A stretch of DNA of 64,000 nucleotides from an uncultured virus (IMG/VR IMGVR_UViG_3300028840_003967). Lineage: Duplodnaviria > Heunggongvirae > Uroviricota > Caudoviricetes. Made by a program: the position numbers and the translations under genes. This document shows, piece after piece, positions 24,878 to 34,900 of this stretch. The notes beneath the pieces are model-generated. The model did not search any database, was not told where the DNA came from, and saw only the letters and a program-made list of their open reading frames with translations. Every line of letters begins with the position of its first letter. The stretch's first letter is position 1. The stretch spans positions 1 to 64,000 of the IMG/VR virus record IMGVR_UViG_3300028840_003967. One strand, 5' to 3'.

Positions 24878-25897
24878 TCAGACAGGATCGTACTTGAAGC
24901 CAAGACGGAGCGGAAGGGCCGCGATGTTGATAGCGCCCTTCGGAACGTTCCTCTTCAGCCACACGGAAAGAACCTCTCCTGCCGCAAGAGTGAAGGCTGT
25001 CTGGTAGTGCGGCGGATCGGACGTGGGGGGCGCAAAGAAGTTGATCCCTGAAGGAGCCACACTGTCTTGAACGATGACCGGCTCCCCTGTGGTTGAATTA
25101 TACATTCCAATCGACATGTCAATTGGCGAAACAAGTTCGATGGTATCGCCTTCGTTTCCTTCGGCTGGAGAAGACATCCGCTGTCCTCTTGCAGCGGCAG
25201 AAACAACAAGTGTTCGCCCGTCCGTCCCTCCACGGCTGTTGTAGTACATGATTTCCTGTGTGCGTGTATTGCGGATGTAGTAGCTCGAAGGAAAGTTCCT
25301 GGCGTCGTCGATCTCGATCTGCACATCTCCGCTCTGAGGATAGTATCCTTGACAACGAACTCTTGTTGGAAGACCGGGAACTTCGATGACAGGAACAACA
25401 TTCTTGTAGCTCACAGCCCCCGTGTTCTTCAGGAAAAGACATGCGTAGTTCGGAGTGCCCTTCATCGCTTCATCCAAAGAAACGTCGTCAAAGAGAACGT
25501 TCTTGACAGCATCGATGACGGCGTTTTCTTCCGTGTCTGCGATAGGAAGATCGACAGCCACGACACTGACTTCGATCCAAGCGTTTTCCGTGCTGCTTTC
25601 GAGTTCGAAAGTCCCCCCGGCACCCACGGCCACGGATGTTCCGGCTGTCTTGTCTCTCGGTGCCTGCCAAGCAAGCGTCTGTCCTGAGTTCTTGAAGACA
25701 AACTTTCCCACGCCACTGAGGTTCTTTCCGCCTATCTTCGTGATAGTGACGGCACTCAGGACGAGCATAGGACGCGCGATGAGGCTGGAAACAAGATCGG
25801 CACTTATCCTGCCGCCCAAACCATCGTGTCCGGCTTCGTCATCCGCCGCAGCGGCGGACTTGCTGTGGAAAAGTTCAATGTCTGAATTGTGCGCCAT
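24878..25897 (-). CDS. putative minor tail/structural protein
   Basis: Beta-rich; LGGRIS, NVLFDDVS..EA, CLFLKNT, VWLKR.VP.GA pattern seen in phage structural proteins. Confidence 0.55.
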   Translation of the reverse strand: MAHNSDIELFHSKSAAAADDEAGHDGLGGRISADLVSSLIARPMLVLSAVTITKIGGKNLSGVGKFVFKNSGQTLAWQAPRDKTAGTSVAVGAGGTFELESSTENAWIEVSVVAVDLPIADTEENAVIDAVKNVLFDDVSLDEAMKGTPNYACLFLKNTGAVSYKNVVPVIEVPGLPTRVRCQGYYPQSGDVQIEIDDARNFPSSYYIRNTRTQEIMYYNSRGGTDGRTLVVSAAARGQRMSSPAEGNEGDTIELVSPIDMSIGMYNSTTGEPVIVQDSVAPSGINFFAPPTSDPPHYQTAFTLAAGEVLSVWLKRNVPKGAINIAALPLRLGFKYDPV

Positions 25898-25900
25898 CGT

Positions 25901-26200
25901 TTAACCTCCCTGGAACACTTTGTTCACACGACTCTGATTGTCTTGAGTCGCGACAGCCGCATTCCTGAAGAAGTTCTCGAATTCATCGAGAACCTCCATG
26001 AACTCTTGATACTTTTCTTTCGTGATCTCGGGAGACACATCGGGAACAGGCGTTGTGGGCGTAGCAAGCGCGGCGACTTCAGCCTGTACGCCTGTTGAAA
26101 CATAGGCTTCCCGAACGTCGCTCACCAAGTTATTCGCCGAGCGAAGATACTTCGCTACTGACTTCGCTCTTGTCAGCACGTTTTGTGCTTCCACGCTCAT
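25901..26200 (-). CDS. hypothetical protein
   Basis: GGAGG RBS, ORF. Confidence 0.55.
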   Translation of the reverse strand: MSVEAQNVLTRAKSVAKYLRSANNLVSDVREAYVSTGVQAEVAALATPTTPVPDVSPEITKEKYQEFMEVLDEFENFFRNAAVATQDNQSRVNKVFQGG

Positions 26201-26528
26201 CAGTTTCTACCTCCTCTTCCCTCGTTACTTTGATCCCTGAACGTTCCAAAGCGGCAATCATCTTAGCCGCTTCTTCAGGACTGTCAAACTCAATTTCTTC
26301 CGCTCTTTCCCCTCGCTTCTCTCCCTTGGAATCCCTCAAGGCTTTGATGAAGGGTTCCAGGTCTTTCTCGGCCACATTCGACGCCAGCCGAAACACTTTC
26401 GCTTTCTCGTCATACGCCAAAAAGACGAACTGCCGCACCCCGCTCGCCATCAATTTCAACTCGTCCGACATGTTTGCTTTCATGTAGAACGCATAGCGAG
26501 CCTTGTTTGGATCAACCATGTCCGCCAC
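26130..26528 (-). CDS. hypothetical protein
   Basis: ORF in operon. Confidence 0.5.
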   Translation of the reverse strand: MADMVDPNKARYAFYMKANMSDELKLMASGVRQFVFLAYDEKAKVFRLASNVAEKDLEPFIKALRDSKGEKRGERAEEIEFDSPEEAAKMIAALERSGIKVTREEEVETDERGSTKRADKSEVSSEVSSLGE

Positions 26529-26970
26529 AGCATCCGCTCCTTACGTTCGTGTTGATGGCAATGGACGGGGGTTTCTTGCCCGCGTCCCGGTACATGACAG
26601 TCAAGTTCATGTGCGCCTTGGCGATCTCGTCTTCTATGCTTTTTCCTTTCAAGTCAATGGTGATCGTGTGATCCCTGTTGTTCCCGAAACAGAACTTCGC
26701 AAACCAACCTTCCGTTTGGATGAGAACAAGATTGTACATTGCCGCCGTTTCCTGAATCCTTTGCGGCAACGGCGGTTCTTTGTAGATGTGCTGCTTGAAC
26801 GCCTCTCTCACAACGTCCAAGTTCTCAAGAACGAGATAAACGCTTCCATCTCCCTGCATGATGGCTGTCTTTGCAGGACAGTTCTTGAAGTTCACAGCAT
26901 GAACGTTTATCACGCTCACAGGAACTTCTATGGGCGTTTCATCCGGTGAAGTCATCGTGATCGTGTCCAT
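26512..26970 (-). CDS. hypothetical protein with C-terminal GCCGGHG
   Basis: ORF with GAGG RBS. Confidence 0.55.
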   Translation of the reverse strand: MDTITMTSPDETPIEVPVSVINVHAVNFKNCPAKTAIMQGDGSVYLVLENLDVVREAFKQHIYKEPPLPQRIQETAAMYNLVLIQTEGWFAKFCFGNNRDHTITIDLKGKSIEDEIAKAHMNLTVMYRDAGKKPPSIAINTNVRSGCCGGHG

Positions 26971-26980
26971 GGCAGTATCC

Positions 26981-27400
26981 TCACCACTTTCCCAACGGGC
27001 AGTGTTCGTTCTTCGCTTTCCACTTCACAGTCAAAAAACATCCGCATCCTTCTTCGGTTTCGTTTCTAGGTTCCGTGTCCAGGTACTTCGGTTGTCCGCA
27101 CACGGGAGCGCCTTGCCAAGCCATCCTGAAGAGTCTCTTTCCTTCAGGATTCAATGCCGTACACGCTTCACAAATAGCCTGTCTTTCGTTAAACTCCTCT
27201 CTTTCGACCTTCGGACCGACCACAGCCTTAGAAAGCTGATACGCTGCCTTCACCATGTCTTTAGCTTTCTCGATGGCCGTATAGTCATGCCCTTCGGAAG
27301 CCATTTGATCGACAATCCTTTGATGCCGAGTCTCGGCGGTTTCTTCTTCTCGGGGAGCGTCTTCCGTTGCCCCGCTGTCACCCACATACTCTTCCGGCAT
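26981..27400 (-). CDS. Cys-cluster protein
   Basis: RQAICEAC..CGQP..CGCFL..KWK..HCPLGKW. Confidence 0.6.
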   Translation of the reverse strand: MPEEYVGDSGATEDAPREEETAETRHQRIVDQMASEGHDYTAIEKAKDMVKAAYQLSKAVVGPKVEREEFNERQAICEACTALNPEGKRLFRMAWQGAPVCGQPKYLDTEPRNETEEGCGCFLTVKWKAKNEHCPLGKW

Positions 27401-27409
27401 CGTCTTCTC

Positions 27410-28450
27410 CTACGGACAAGTGTTGCACGTAATGCAGGGCGGCAACTGAGCCGCGCAGAAGCCTGGATTCGCGAAGTCAACACAACACGCTGCCATTTCC
27501 ACAGTGAATCCGTAGCTCCCGCAACAAGGAAGACAGTTGAAGTCATCAACCCAAAATGCGATGTCCGTTGTCACGATGTTCCCAAAAGGCTGACAAAGAC
27601 ACTGAAAATACTTTGCCCCTCCCGGTCCTCCACCGATCAAGTTTCCACACGGAGTACATCCGCCTGAAACCAAAGTTGTGCACAGTTTTGTAGGGCACAC
27701 GCCGAAGATGTTTGTAAAACGGATCAGCGTCATTATACATCTCGATGGAACAGTGTTGTTGACACTGGAAATCCTGAGAAGATGTGTAGCGTCTGGAGGA
27801 CCGCCCGGCCTTCGGCCCGTGCAGACATTCATGGAAACGCCGCTGACAGGCACATATGCTGGAACAAAGCAGTTCGCGCTCCACCCTGGGGCGGCTTGTG
27901 ACCAAACAGGCATGAGAAACGTGTGTGCTCCTGGAGCGCAAGGCACAGGCACATCTCCCGTGCAGCAAAGGTTCAACTCGATTCCCACATCTACATTCAG
28001 TTCACAGCAAGAGCAAAGTTCGTCTGCCGTGTTTTTCAACGTAACGGAAATCGTCTTTGTTTCCCCGGCGTTGATCCAACAACGGGAAGCAAGCGATTCG
28101 ATGAACTCGGTTGAAGAGGGACAGAGAAGACATCCTTCTCTGTAACTGTTGATTGTAACCGCTCCTCTCACAGCGATGGCACAGGTAGTGTTATTGAACA
28201 CGTCCACTGTGTAAGTAAGTGTGAATCCGTCTATAGCTATACACTGGCCGTAAGGACGGATGAAACAGATTGTCTTGTTTGTCCATCCGGTAGCGTAGAG
28301 TTTCAACGGCGGTGGTGTTGCACAATCCGAAGGGCCAACAGTTATTGTTCCGATGCTTCCCAAGTCAAGGGAATCCTGTGCGCATCCGATGGCAATGTCG
28401 GAATTGTCACAACAACAATCAGGATGTGGAGACATTGCCGGAACAGCCAT
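27410..28450 (-). CDS. extremely Cys-rich putative tail-tip/adhesin protein
   Basis: About 35 Cys in 346 aa, N-terminal DCCC; position after tail hub. Confidence 0.6.
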   Translation of the reverse strand: MAVPAMSPHPDCCCDNSDIAIGCAQDSLDLGSIGTITVGPSDCATPPPLKLYATGWTNKTICFIRPYGQCIAIDGFTLTYTVDVFNNTTCAIAVRGAVTINSYREGCLLCPSSTEFIESLASRCWINAGETKTISVTLKNTADELCSCCELNVDVGIELNLCCTGDVPVPCAPGAHTFLMPVWSQAAPGWSANCFVPAYVPVSGVSMNVCTGRRPGGPPDATHLLRISSVNNTVPSRCIMTLIRFTNIFGVCPTKLCTTLVSGGCTPCGNLIGGGPGGAKYFQCLCQPFGNIVTTDIAFWVDDFNCLPCCGSYGFTVEMAACCVDFANPGFCAAQLPPCITCNTCP

Positions 28451-28459
28451 CGTGATCCT

Positions 28460-29578
28460 CTACGGACAGTTGCCAACGTCAGTGTAGCTTCCCGGAGTTC
28501 CTGGGTTCACCACTTCAATCGTGATGAATCTCTTTTTCAACACACACGTACTTGTATCAAAACAGATGTCATGTAGAACCTGAACAGACGTGTGCGTAAG
28601 CCCGCCGCCCTCTTCGATGCAGCCGTAGGTAACTGTGATCGTTTTTCCACACTGACAGTCGCCTTTGGACGCCACAGTTATTCCCGTGACAACTTCTGTT
28701 TCACTCCCGGAACAAGAACCTGGAGGAGATGTAGGAGTCCAGTCGTCTTCAGGAATCACGATCTCTTTCGTATTGTACGTCAATTTCCACTGCGTTGAAG
28801 TTGGAGACGGTGTACAAGAAAAAGTCATTCCGGTAACTACATGAAGTTCTTCGCAACAGTCAAGAGTTCCTTCGTAGTTCTCTTCTGTCGAAGGAAGCAA
28901 CAGCCGATAAGTTTCAACGCCTTTCACGTGCCCGCTACAATCGATTTCAATGACTTTGGGAAAGATGAGATTATCGCAATCGATCCCTCCAGGCATTGCG
29001 TTTCCTTTGTCTGCCTGTGGACATCCTACGTTTACACATCCCCCCGGAGCTATGCCTGCCGCGAAAGCGTTCCAAGGATGAAGAATAGTCAAAGTGGGAT
29101 CGCATCTCGTCGGATTCCAATTTACGGCGTTTACAGCGTTCCCTTGTCGGTCGTTTACACGAAAGCCGTCATTCTGTCTGAGAAGTTGTGTTGTATTTAT
29201 GGTTTTGAGTTGTACGTCTCCAACGTGCCTGTCGTTTCCCCCGGCACCATCGCAAGGCTCGAACATCTTGATAGAGCCAACGCCTTGATGTTGATGATTG
29301 AACGGGGCTTTCGCCTTTGCCATTCCAGGATCGTTTTCGCACGTGACAGGTTTGATCTGATTACCTAACCCTCCGACACCATCTTTGCCCGGTTCAGAAG
29401 GCTCTTCCGCGTCTTCTACTTCTTCGTCCGTGACTCCGCTCACTGAAGACGAAAGAGCATTGAGTTGAGCCTGGACTTTTCTGAACTCGTTTTCGAGCCA
29501 TCCAATACGAGCATCCTTTTCCACCAGTTCTTTCTGGAGGAAGAGAAGTCTTTTTGCTACTTCGGTTTCCCAAGCCAT
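28460..29578 (-). CDS. coiled-coil + Cys-rich putative tail fibre
   Basis: N-terminal heptads, repeated VVTG(M/I)T units, many Cys. Confidence 0.55.
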   Translation of the reverse strand: MAWETEVAKRLLFLQKELVEKDARIGWLENEFRKVQAQLNALSSSVSGVTDEEVEDAEEPSEPGKDGVGGLGNQIKPVTCENDPGMAKAKAPFNHQHQGVGSIKMFEPCDGAGGNDRHVGDVQLKTINTTQLLRQNDGFRVNDRQGNAVNAVNWNPTRCDPTLTILHPWNAFAAGIAPGGCVNVGCPQADKGNAMPGGIDCDNLIFPKVIEIDCSGHVKGVETYRLLLPSTEENYEGTLDCCEELHVVTGMTFSCTPSPTSTQWKLTYNTKEIVIPEDDWTPTSPPGSCSGSETEVVTGITVASKGDCQCGKTITVTYGCIEEGGGLTHTSVQVLHDICFDTSTCVLKKRFITIEVVNPGTPGSYTDVGNCP

Positions 29579-29582
29579 TGTT

Positions 29583-31379
29583 TCACCGTTGTAAGTTGGT
29601 AAGCGGCCTGTCGCCAAAGATGAACGGACTGTTGGCGACTCTTAGGACGAGCGATTGCTTCGCCCTGTTGAACGACATCCCCATTACACGAAGGTCCATC
29701 GTTTCCCACGTCAAGTCTGTGCCTGCCGGTCCAGCATCGGGAACCACCCCTTTACCATCTGGGTAAGGATCGACTCCGAAAGTCTCGGTAGGATCGTACA
29801 TGACATTGATCGAATCGCCAAGTTCGATTCCGAGATAGTCGATATAGGGTATGATGTCGGGTCTGGTGTAGCTTTCGTCTCCCGTTCCCGTATGCCGGGG
29901 ATGGAGATGAATTTGAATTTCGCCGGACACTTTAGGACGCCCGATCTGTTCCATGAGTTGATCGGCGAAGTCTATCAGGAAAGCCTCATCGTCTCTGACT
30001 ACGCCTCCGCTCTGATCGAGAATCTTCACCCAATCGATGTTGTATCGCTGATAGACTCTTCCGTTCGGACATCCTCCGGTCTTCACCACAACAAGTTCGC
30101 CAAGGTCTTCCCAAAGGTTCGCGAACAAATCCCACACCAAGATTTTCGGATCGGTGGGATACTCGTCAACATGTTCGCTACCTTCAGGCGACCAAAAAGG
30201 AAGCATGGACATGAGGCGCTTGGGACAGAAGGAAACTACGTACTCACCACAAGAATTCTTGTCTGCTGGTGGTGTGATCGTAGCAACCTCTACAAGTTCG
30301 AAGTCAGCCCATTCCCAAGGCGTCTCTTGCTTTTCGCAATGAGGATCGACGCCTTCTGGAATCTCGCCCCCCGGATAGTCTTCAGCCTCTTTGCAACGTC
30401 CGAGATTTCTCTTTGGGATGTTCGCCATGACGACAATCTGATTGTCTCCCACAACGGAAAACTTCCCGTCCTCTTCCTTGAAAGAGAACGCGGCAGGTCT
30501 TATGTCGTTCGGAAAGAGATAGCGACAAGCGAACGGCGGACATCCCGAAATCTCTTCCGGGAAATAAGGCTCAACAAGATTGAAGCACGCCGGTTTGTGT
30601 TCTGCTTCTATGCACTGACTAAACCATCCCGGCAAGAGTTGGACATCCGGCCTGTAGCGGAATCGGCCAAGACCTTCAAGCCGAATCTTCTCGTAGCAGT
30701 CTGACTTGTCGATCCGAAGATTCAACTTGACGAGGTTGTCCCATTTTGGCGTCCGAAGATGCCATTGGCCGACCAACTTGCTAAGGCGAATCTCTTTCTG
30801 TTTGACGACAGTCAAATCGATGAACTTCGCCTTGTCATTCAACGAGTCGTAGTACCAGCGCCAAGCAGGACCAAACTTGAGGATTTGCGTCAGCATCTCT
30901 CCGATGCTGCGCCCCTCGACTTGAATGTTCTTTTCGATCAGCACGGAACTAGGAACGGGATCAACGAACGTCGTTCCTGTAAGGATGCTGCTCGCGTTCA
31001 CGATTGCATTCAATGCGTCTTCAAGATTTTCTTCTCCGGTGTAGCGTTCGTCATTGAAAGCAAAGCGTGCCGTCGTTTCCGATGAAGAATCGGGGTACTC
31101 ACGGTCACGAAGAAAAGGTTCCCTGGAAACGTCATCGAATCCGTCCGTCAATTCGTAACGCTGGAAGTCTTCGTTAGGAGAAATCTGTTCTTCCAATGTA
31201 CGCAGCCGACCTTTCAGCCGAACGGTTCCGTTGATCGTGTACGTCCAGACCAAATCCATGTCAAGAGGAGTGTCATCCGATCTCTTCTCAACAAGAGTGA
31301 ACGACAAACGCCATGCGCTTTCAAACTGCATCTCAAGTTGATCCTCTCTAAATCCCGTAAGGGTTGTGACTTCAGGCAT
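29583..31379 (-). CDS. tail hub/baseplate (Tal-like) protein
   Basis: Second gene after tape measure; size and beta-rich content. Confidence 0.55.
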   Translation of the reverse strand: MPEVTTLTGFREDQLEMQFESAWRLSFTLVEKRSDDTPLDMDLVWTYTINGTVRLKGRLRTLEEQISPNEDFQRYELTDGFDDVSREPFLRDREYPDSSSETTARFAFNDERYTGEENLEDALNAIVNASSILTGTTFVDPVPSSVLIEKNIQVEGRSIGEMLTQILKFGPAWRWYYDSLNDKAKFIDLTVVKQKEIRLSKLVGQWHLRTPKWDNLVKLNLRIDKSDCYEKIRLEGLGRFRYRPDVQLLPGWFSQCIEAEHKPACFNLVEPYFPEEISGCPPFACRYLFPNDIRPAAFSFKEEDGKFSVVGDNQIVVMANIPKRNLGRCKEAEDYPGGEIPEGVDPHCEKQETPWEWADFELVEVATITPPADKNSCGEYVVSFCPKRLMSMLPFWSPEGSEHVDEYPTDPKILVWDLFANLWEDLGELVVVKTGGCPNGRVYQRYNIDWVKILDQSGGVVRDDEAFLIDFADQLMEQIGRPKVSGEIQIHLHPRHTGTGDESYTRPDIIPYIDYLGIELGDSINVMYDPTETFGVDPYPDGKGVVPDAGPAGTDLTWETMDLRVMGMSFNRAKQSLVLRVANSPFIFGDRPLTNLQR

Positions 31380-31380
31380 C

Positions 31381-31911
31381 TTATGGTCCCACCAAAGGTT
31401 CTTCCGAAGTCTCGAAAAGCAAGCTGTACTCCACGAAGTTCTTCGACCCATCGTAAGCGTGACTCATCTTCCGATAGTAACTGTTCACATATCTTCGATA
31501 GACTGTGGTGTAGTCGTCCTCATAGACACGCAAAATTCCAGCATACGGCCCGATGGCGTTCGGAGCGGCACGGATGAAGTCTTCCACTTCCTGAATGTTC
31601 CGCCCATGATAGTACAGTTTGTCGAGAACAAGCGCATACTTGCTTGTGGTTCCCAGCAACAACGGTGCTGGAGTCGAACGAGCCAATCCCTGCCAGTTCA
31701 ATCCGAAGTCACGAGTAGGATTGGGATTCAAAAAGCCGCCAATCCCCAAACCAAGTGTTCCACTGGCGGCTGGCGTCGTTTGATCGGACACAAGAGTATA
31801 GTATACTCCTATGTCTTTCAATCCTTGGCTCGGTCCTTGTGTCCTCTCGAAGGTGAATCGAGAGGCGATCTCGCAGCCTATTTCCAGGACCATTGGCTCA
31901 ATCACGGGCAT
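31381..31911 (-). CDS. distal tail-like protein
   Basis: Immediately follows tape measure. Confidence 0.5.
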   Translation of the reverse strand: MPVIEPMVLEIGCEIASRFTFERTQGPSQGLKDIGVYYTLVSDQTTPAASGTLGLGIGGFLNPNPTRDFGLNWQGLARSTPAPLLLGTTSKYALVLDKLYYHGRNIQEVEDFIRAAPNAIGPYAGILRVYEDDYTTVYRRYVNSYYRKMSHAYDGSKNFVEYSLLFETSEEPLVGP

Positions 31912-31921
31912 TACTTTTCTC

Positions 31922-34900
31922 CTACAAAGTTGCGCTGTTGAGGATTTCCTGTGCCGTCGCCACGTTCTCTTTTTTCTCCGCGATGTAGTTCGTGTGCTCT
32001 CTCGTCTTCTCGGCGGACTGTAACGCAAAATCAGCGACATTTTCGGCAAGCCCGTTGATGGCTTCGATGTTTTCACTTTGAACATCGAGAAGACCTGTGA
32101 GCGAAGCATTCGCGTCAGCGACGGAATCATTCAAGGTTGTAGTTGCCTCACTGAGTGTTTCCAAGTTAATGCCTTTCAGCATTTCGGTAAACGGCACGAT
32201 AGCTTTGTCAAAAACGGCTTGTACTTCATTCAACTTTCCTGCAACAGCCGTGAATCCTTCTTGAACTTTGGCCGTGAAGGTTTCTGTAGCCGTCTTGACA
32301 CGATCTGTGGCTTCTACGGCGGGTTCCGCGATAGGAGCGGCTTCGGCGGCTTCCGTAGCTCCTTCGACTCCTCTTGCGCCTTCGGCTCCTATTTCTTCCT
32401 TCATAACTTCTTGAATTTCGCGCTCTATCTCTTTTTCCTTTTGTTGTTTTTCAGCAAGAGAAACAACCGTGTGACGAAGCCTTGAATCAGTTTCCTGGAA
32501 CTGCCTGAAGAGTTCGTTCATCTGCGTGATCGCGGCGTGTCTGAAAGCAAACGCCTTATCAAGCGGGAACTCTGCCGCGTCAAAAGCCGCTTTCCCGGCG
32601 TTCTCTATGAGCGTGAACATCCTGTCGAAGAGTTCTTTGTTCGCGCTGCTTTGTTTGCTCCAGAAGTCATTCAAAGCGGCCGTTGCCTGAATCAGCCTTT
32701 CTCTTGCGGCGGCAACAGCGCCTTCGTCAGTCAAGTCAACGTCGTACACTTCTGCTTGGGCCTTGACAAGATCAAGGGCAAACTGAGTGAACTTTGCCTG
32801 TTGCTTCTTCACCAAATCGCCGACTCTTTTTCCTTCTTCGGCGGCGGCTTTGGTGAACTCAGACGTATCCTCCTTACTCACCTTGGCGGCTTTCTTCTCA
32901 CGCTCGGCAGGTGCCTTCGCCGCTTCTTCGACGGGCTTGACAACTTCAGGCTTCGAGAGAGCGCGCTTCGCGATGTCTTCCGCTTTGTCAGCGGCTTCAT
33001 TCAGTTTTTCATTACCCTTCTTGAACGCTTCGAAAGTCTTTTCGATTGTTTTGGGAAGCGCCTCAAGGAACGTGTCCATTTTGTCGGACAACTTCTGCGT
33101 GCTCTTCTCGATCTCAGTGCGCCTGAAGTTGATGTCGTTGATAAGATCGCGGATGGCTTTGTCGGTAAGTTCACTGACAAAACCAAAAGCCTCTTGTGTC
33201 GGGCCAGCCCTTTCAACGGACGTGAGGATTTTATCGAAGCCTTCAGCAAAGGCTTTCTGCAAGTCCTCTCTTTCAGGAAAGGCTTCTTTGAGTCTTTCCG
33301 CGAACTCAACAGCCAAAGCACCTTGCTTTTCCCGGAACGCTCTCAGCGTTTCCCTGTTTTGCTTCTCGGTTTCCTCAAGCCTCTTCCTGTCCCTCTTGAG
33401 ACTCTTTTGCCGCGCTTCGGCGTTTAGAAGGGCTTCCCTTTCAGTTTCAGTGAGTATCTCTCCGCTAGTCTCCTTCAGTTTAAGCTGACGGATCAACTGT
33501 TCCGTCTCACCAAGACTAGCATTGATGGCAACCAACTTCTTTCCTGAAGTCAAAAACTCCGTGCCGAAGTCTTCGAACGTTCGCGCGAACTCACTCAGCT
33601 TCTCTCGGAATTCGACATCCAAAAGCTGTTGGAGACTGGTGAATGTTTTGATGGTCGCGTTTGCGGCATCCAAGCGCGCTTCGTTCGTGGCTTTTTGCTG
33701 ATCGAACTCTTCTTTGAAGATTCGGCGGAAGAACGCCAGCTTCGCGGCTTCTTCAAGTTTCCTTGCCGCATCGGCAAGTTCACGCGAAGCCGTGATAATA
33801 CCGTTGGAAGCATTCTTGGCGCGTCTCTCCATCTCTTTCACGCGAGCATCGCCAATAGCAAAGGCTTTCTGCAATTCAGCAGACGCGCTTTTGTAAAGAG
33901 CTTGTACTTTGCCTTGATTGTTGAACGTCCTGTTTTGGATGTCTGTGATTTTGGTTTCGGTTTCTTCAAGTTCTTTGGTAGCACTTTCGAAATTGCGGTT
34001 TCGAACCCTGTCTTCCTGTTCGATTTCAAACATCCGCTTCTGCAATTCGAGTTCGAGTGCTTGTCCTCTCAAGCCCTTCTCACGCAACAACTGACGTTCA
34101 CGATTTTGGTTGAGAGAATCGAGTCTGGCCTTTTCGTCTTCGAAACCGAGTTCCTGAAGCCTCTCTTGGACTTCAATCCGTTTCTTGAACAAGTCTTGAA
34201 GTTGAGTCTGATCTTCCTTTTTTTGTTCTGCCGCGACTTGCTGGAAACGCTTCTGGAAGCGCGTGAGAGCCACACGTTCAAGACCTACGAAGCCGCCCTT
34301 GAGGGCTTCCTTCTGGAACTCATCAAACAGGTCTTCAAGAGCGTTGATCTGCTTGTTAGGATCGAGCAGCCGAAGTTGTCTTCGAAGGAACGCTTCTCCG
34401 CTCTTCTGAAGTTTGTCCAAGTCACGAACGGCTTTTTGCTGTTCGCGCCGGAAAACTTCAAGCTGCTTCGTCAAGAAAGTTGTTTCAGCAAGGAGGGCAT
34501 TTTGTGTGGCCTTGACACGCGCCTTCGCGATGTCCTGGGCAGTCGCTCCTTGCTTACGCAGTGTATCGACGATTGCCATCTCGCGTTTATGAATCGCTTC
34601 GATTTGCGCCGCCATATCCTTTGCAGTTTCCGCCTGTCGCGCGAGAAGAGATTCGTTACGCCGATTGATTCGCTCAAGGAGACGATTGATCCGCACACGT
34701 TCCTTGTCGTTATCCTGGGTCTTCTTCGTTTCCTTCGCAATCTTTTCTTCAAGCTGAAGAATGATTGTTTTGGTATTTTCTTCATCTTTAAGCAGTTCTG
34801 GCGACTTGTCCTTACCTTGAAGTTCCAAATTCCTTTGGATGAAGCGCAGTATTTCTTTCTGAAAGTTCAAACGCTTGCGGAGTGCTGTAAGACCTTTTTC

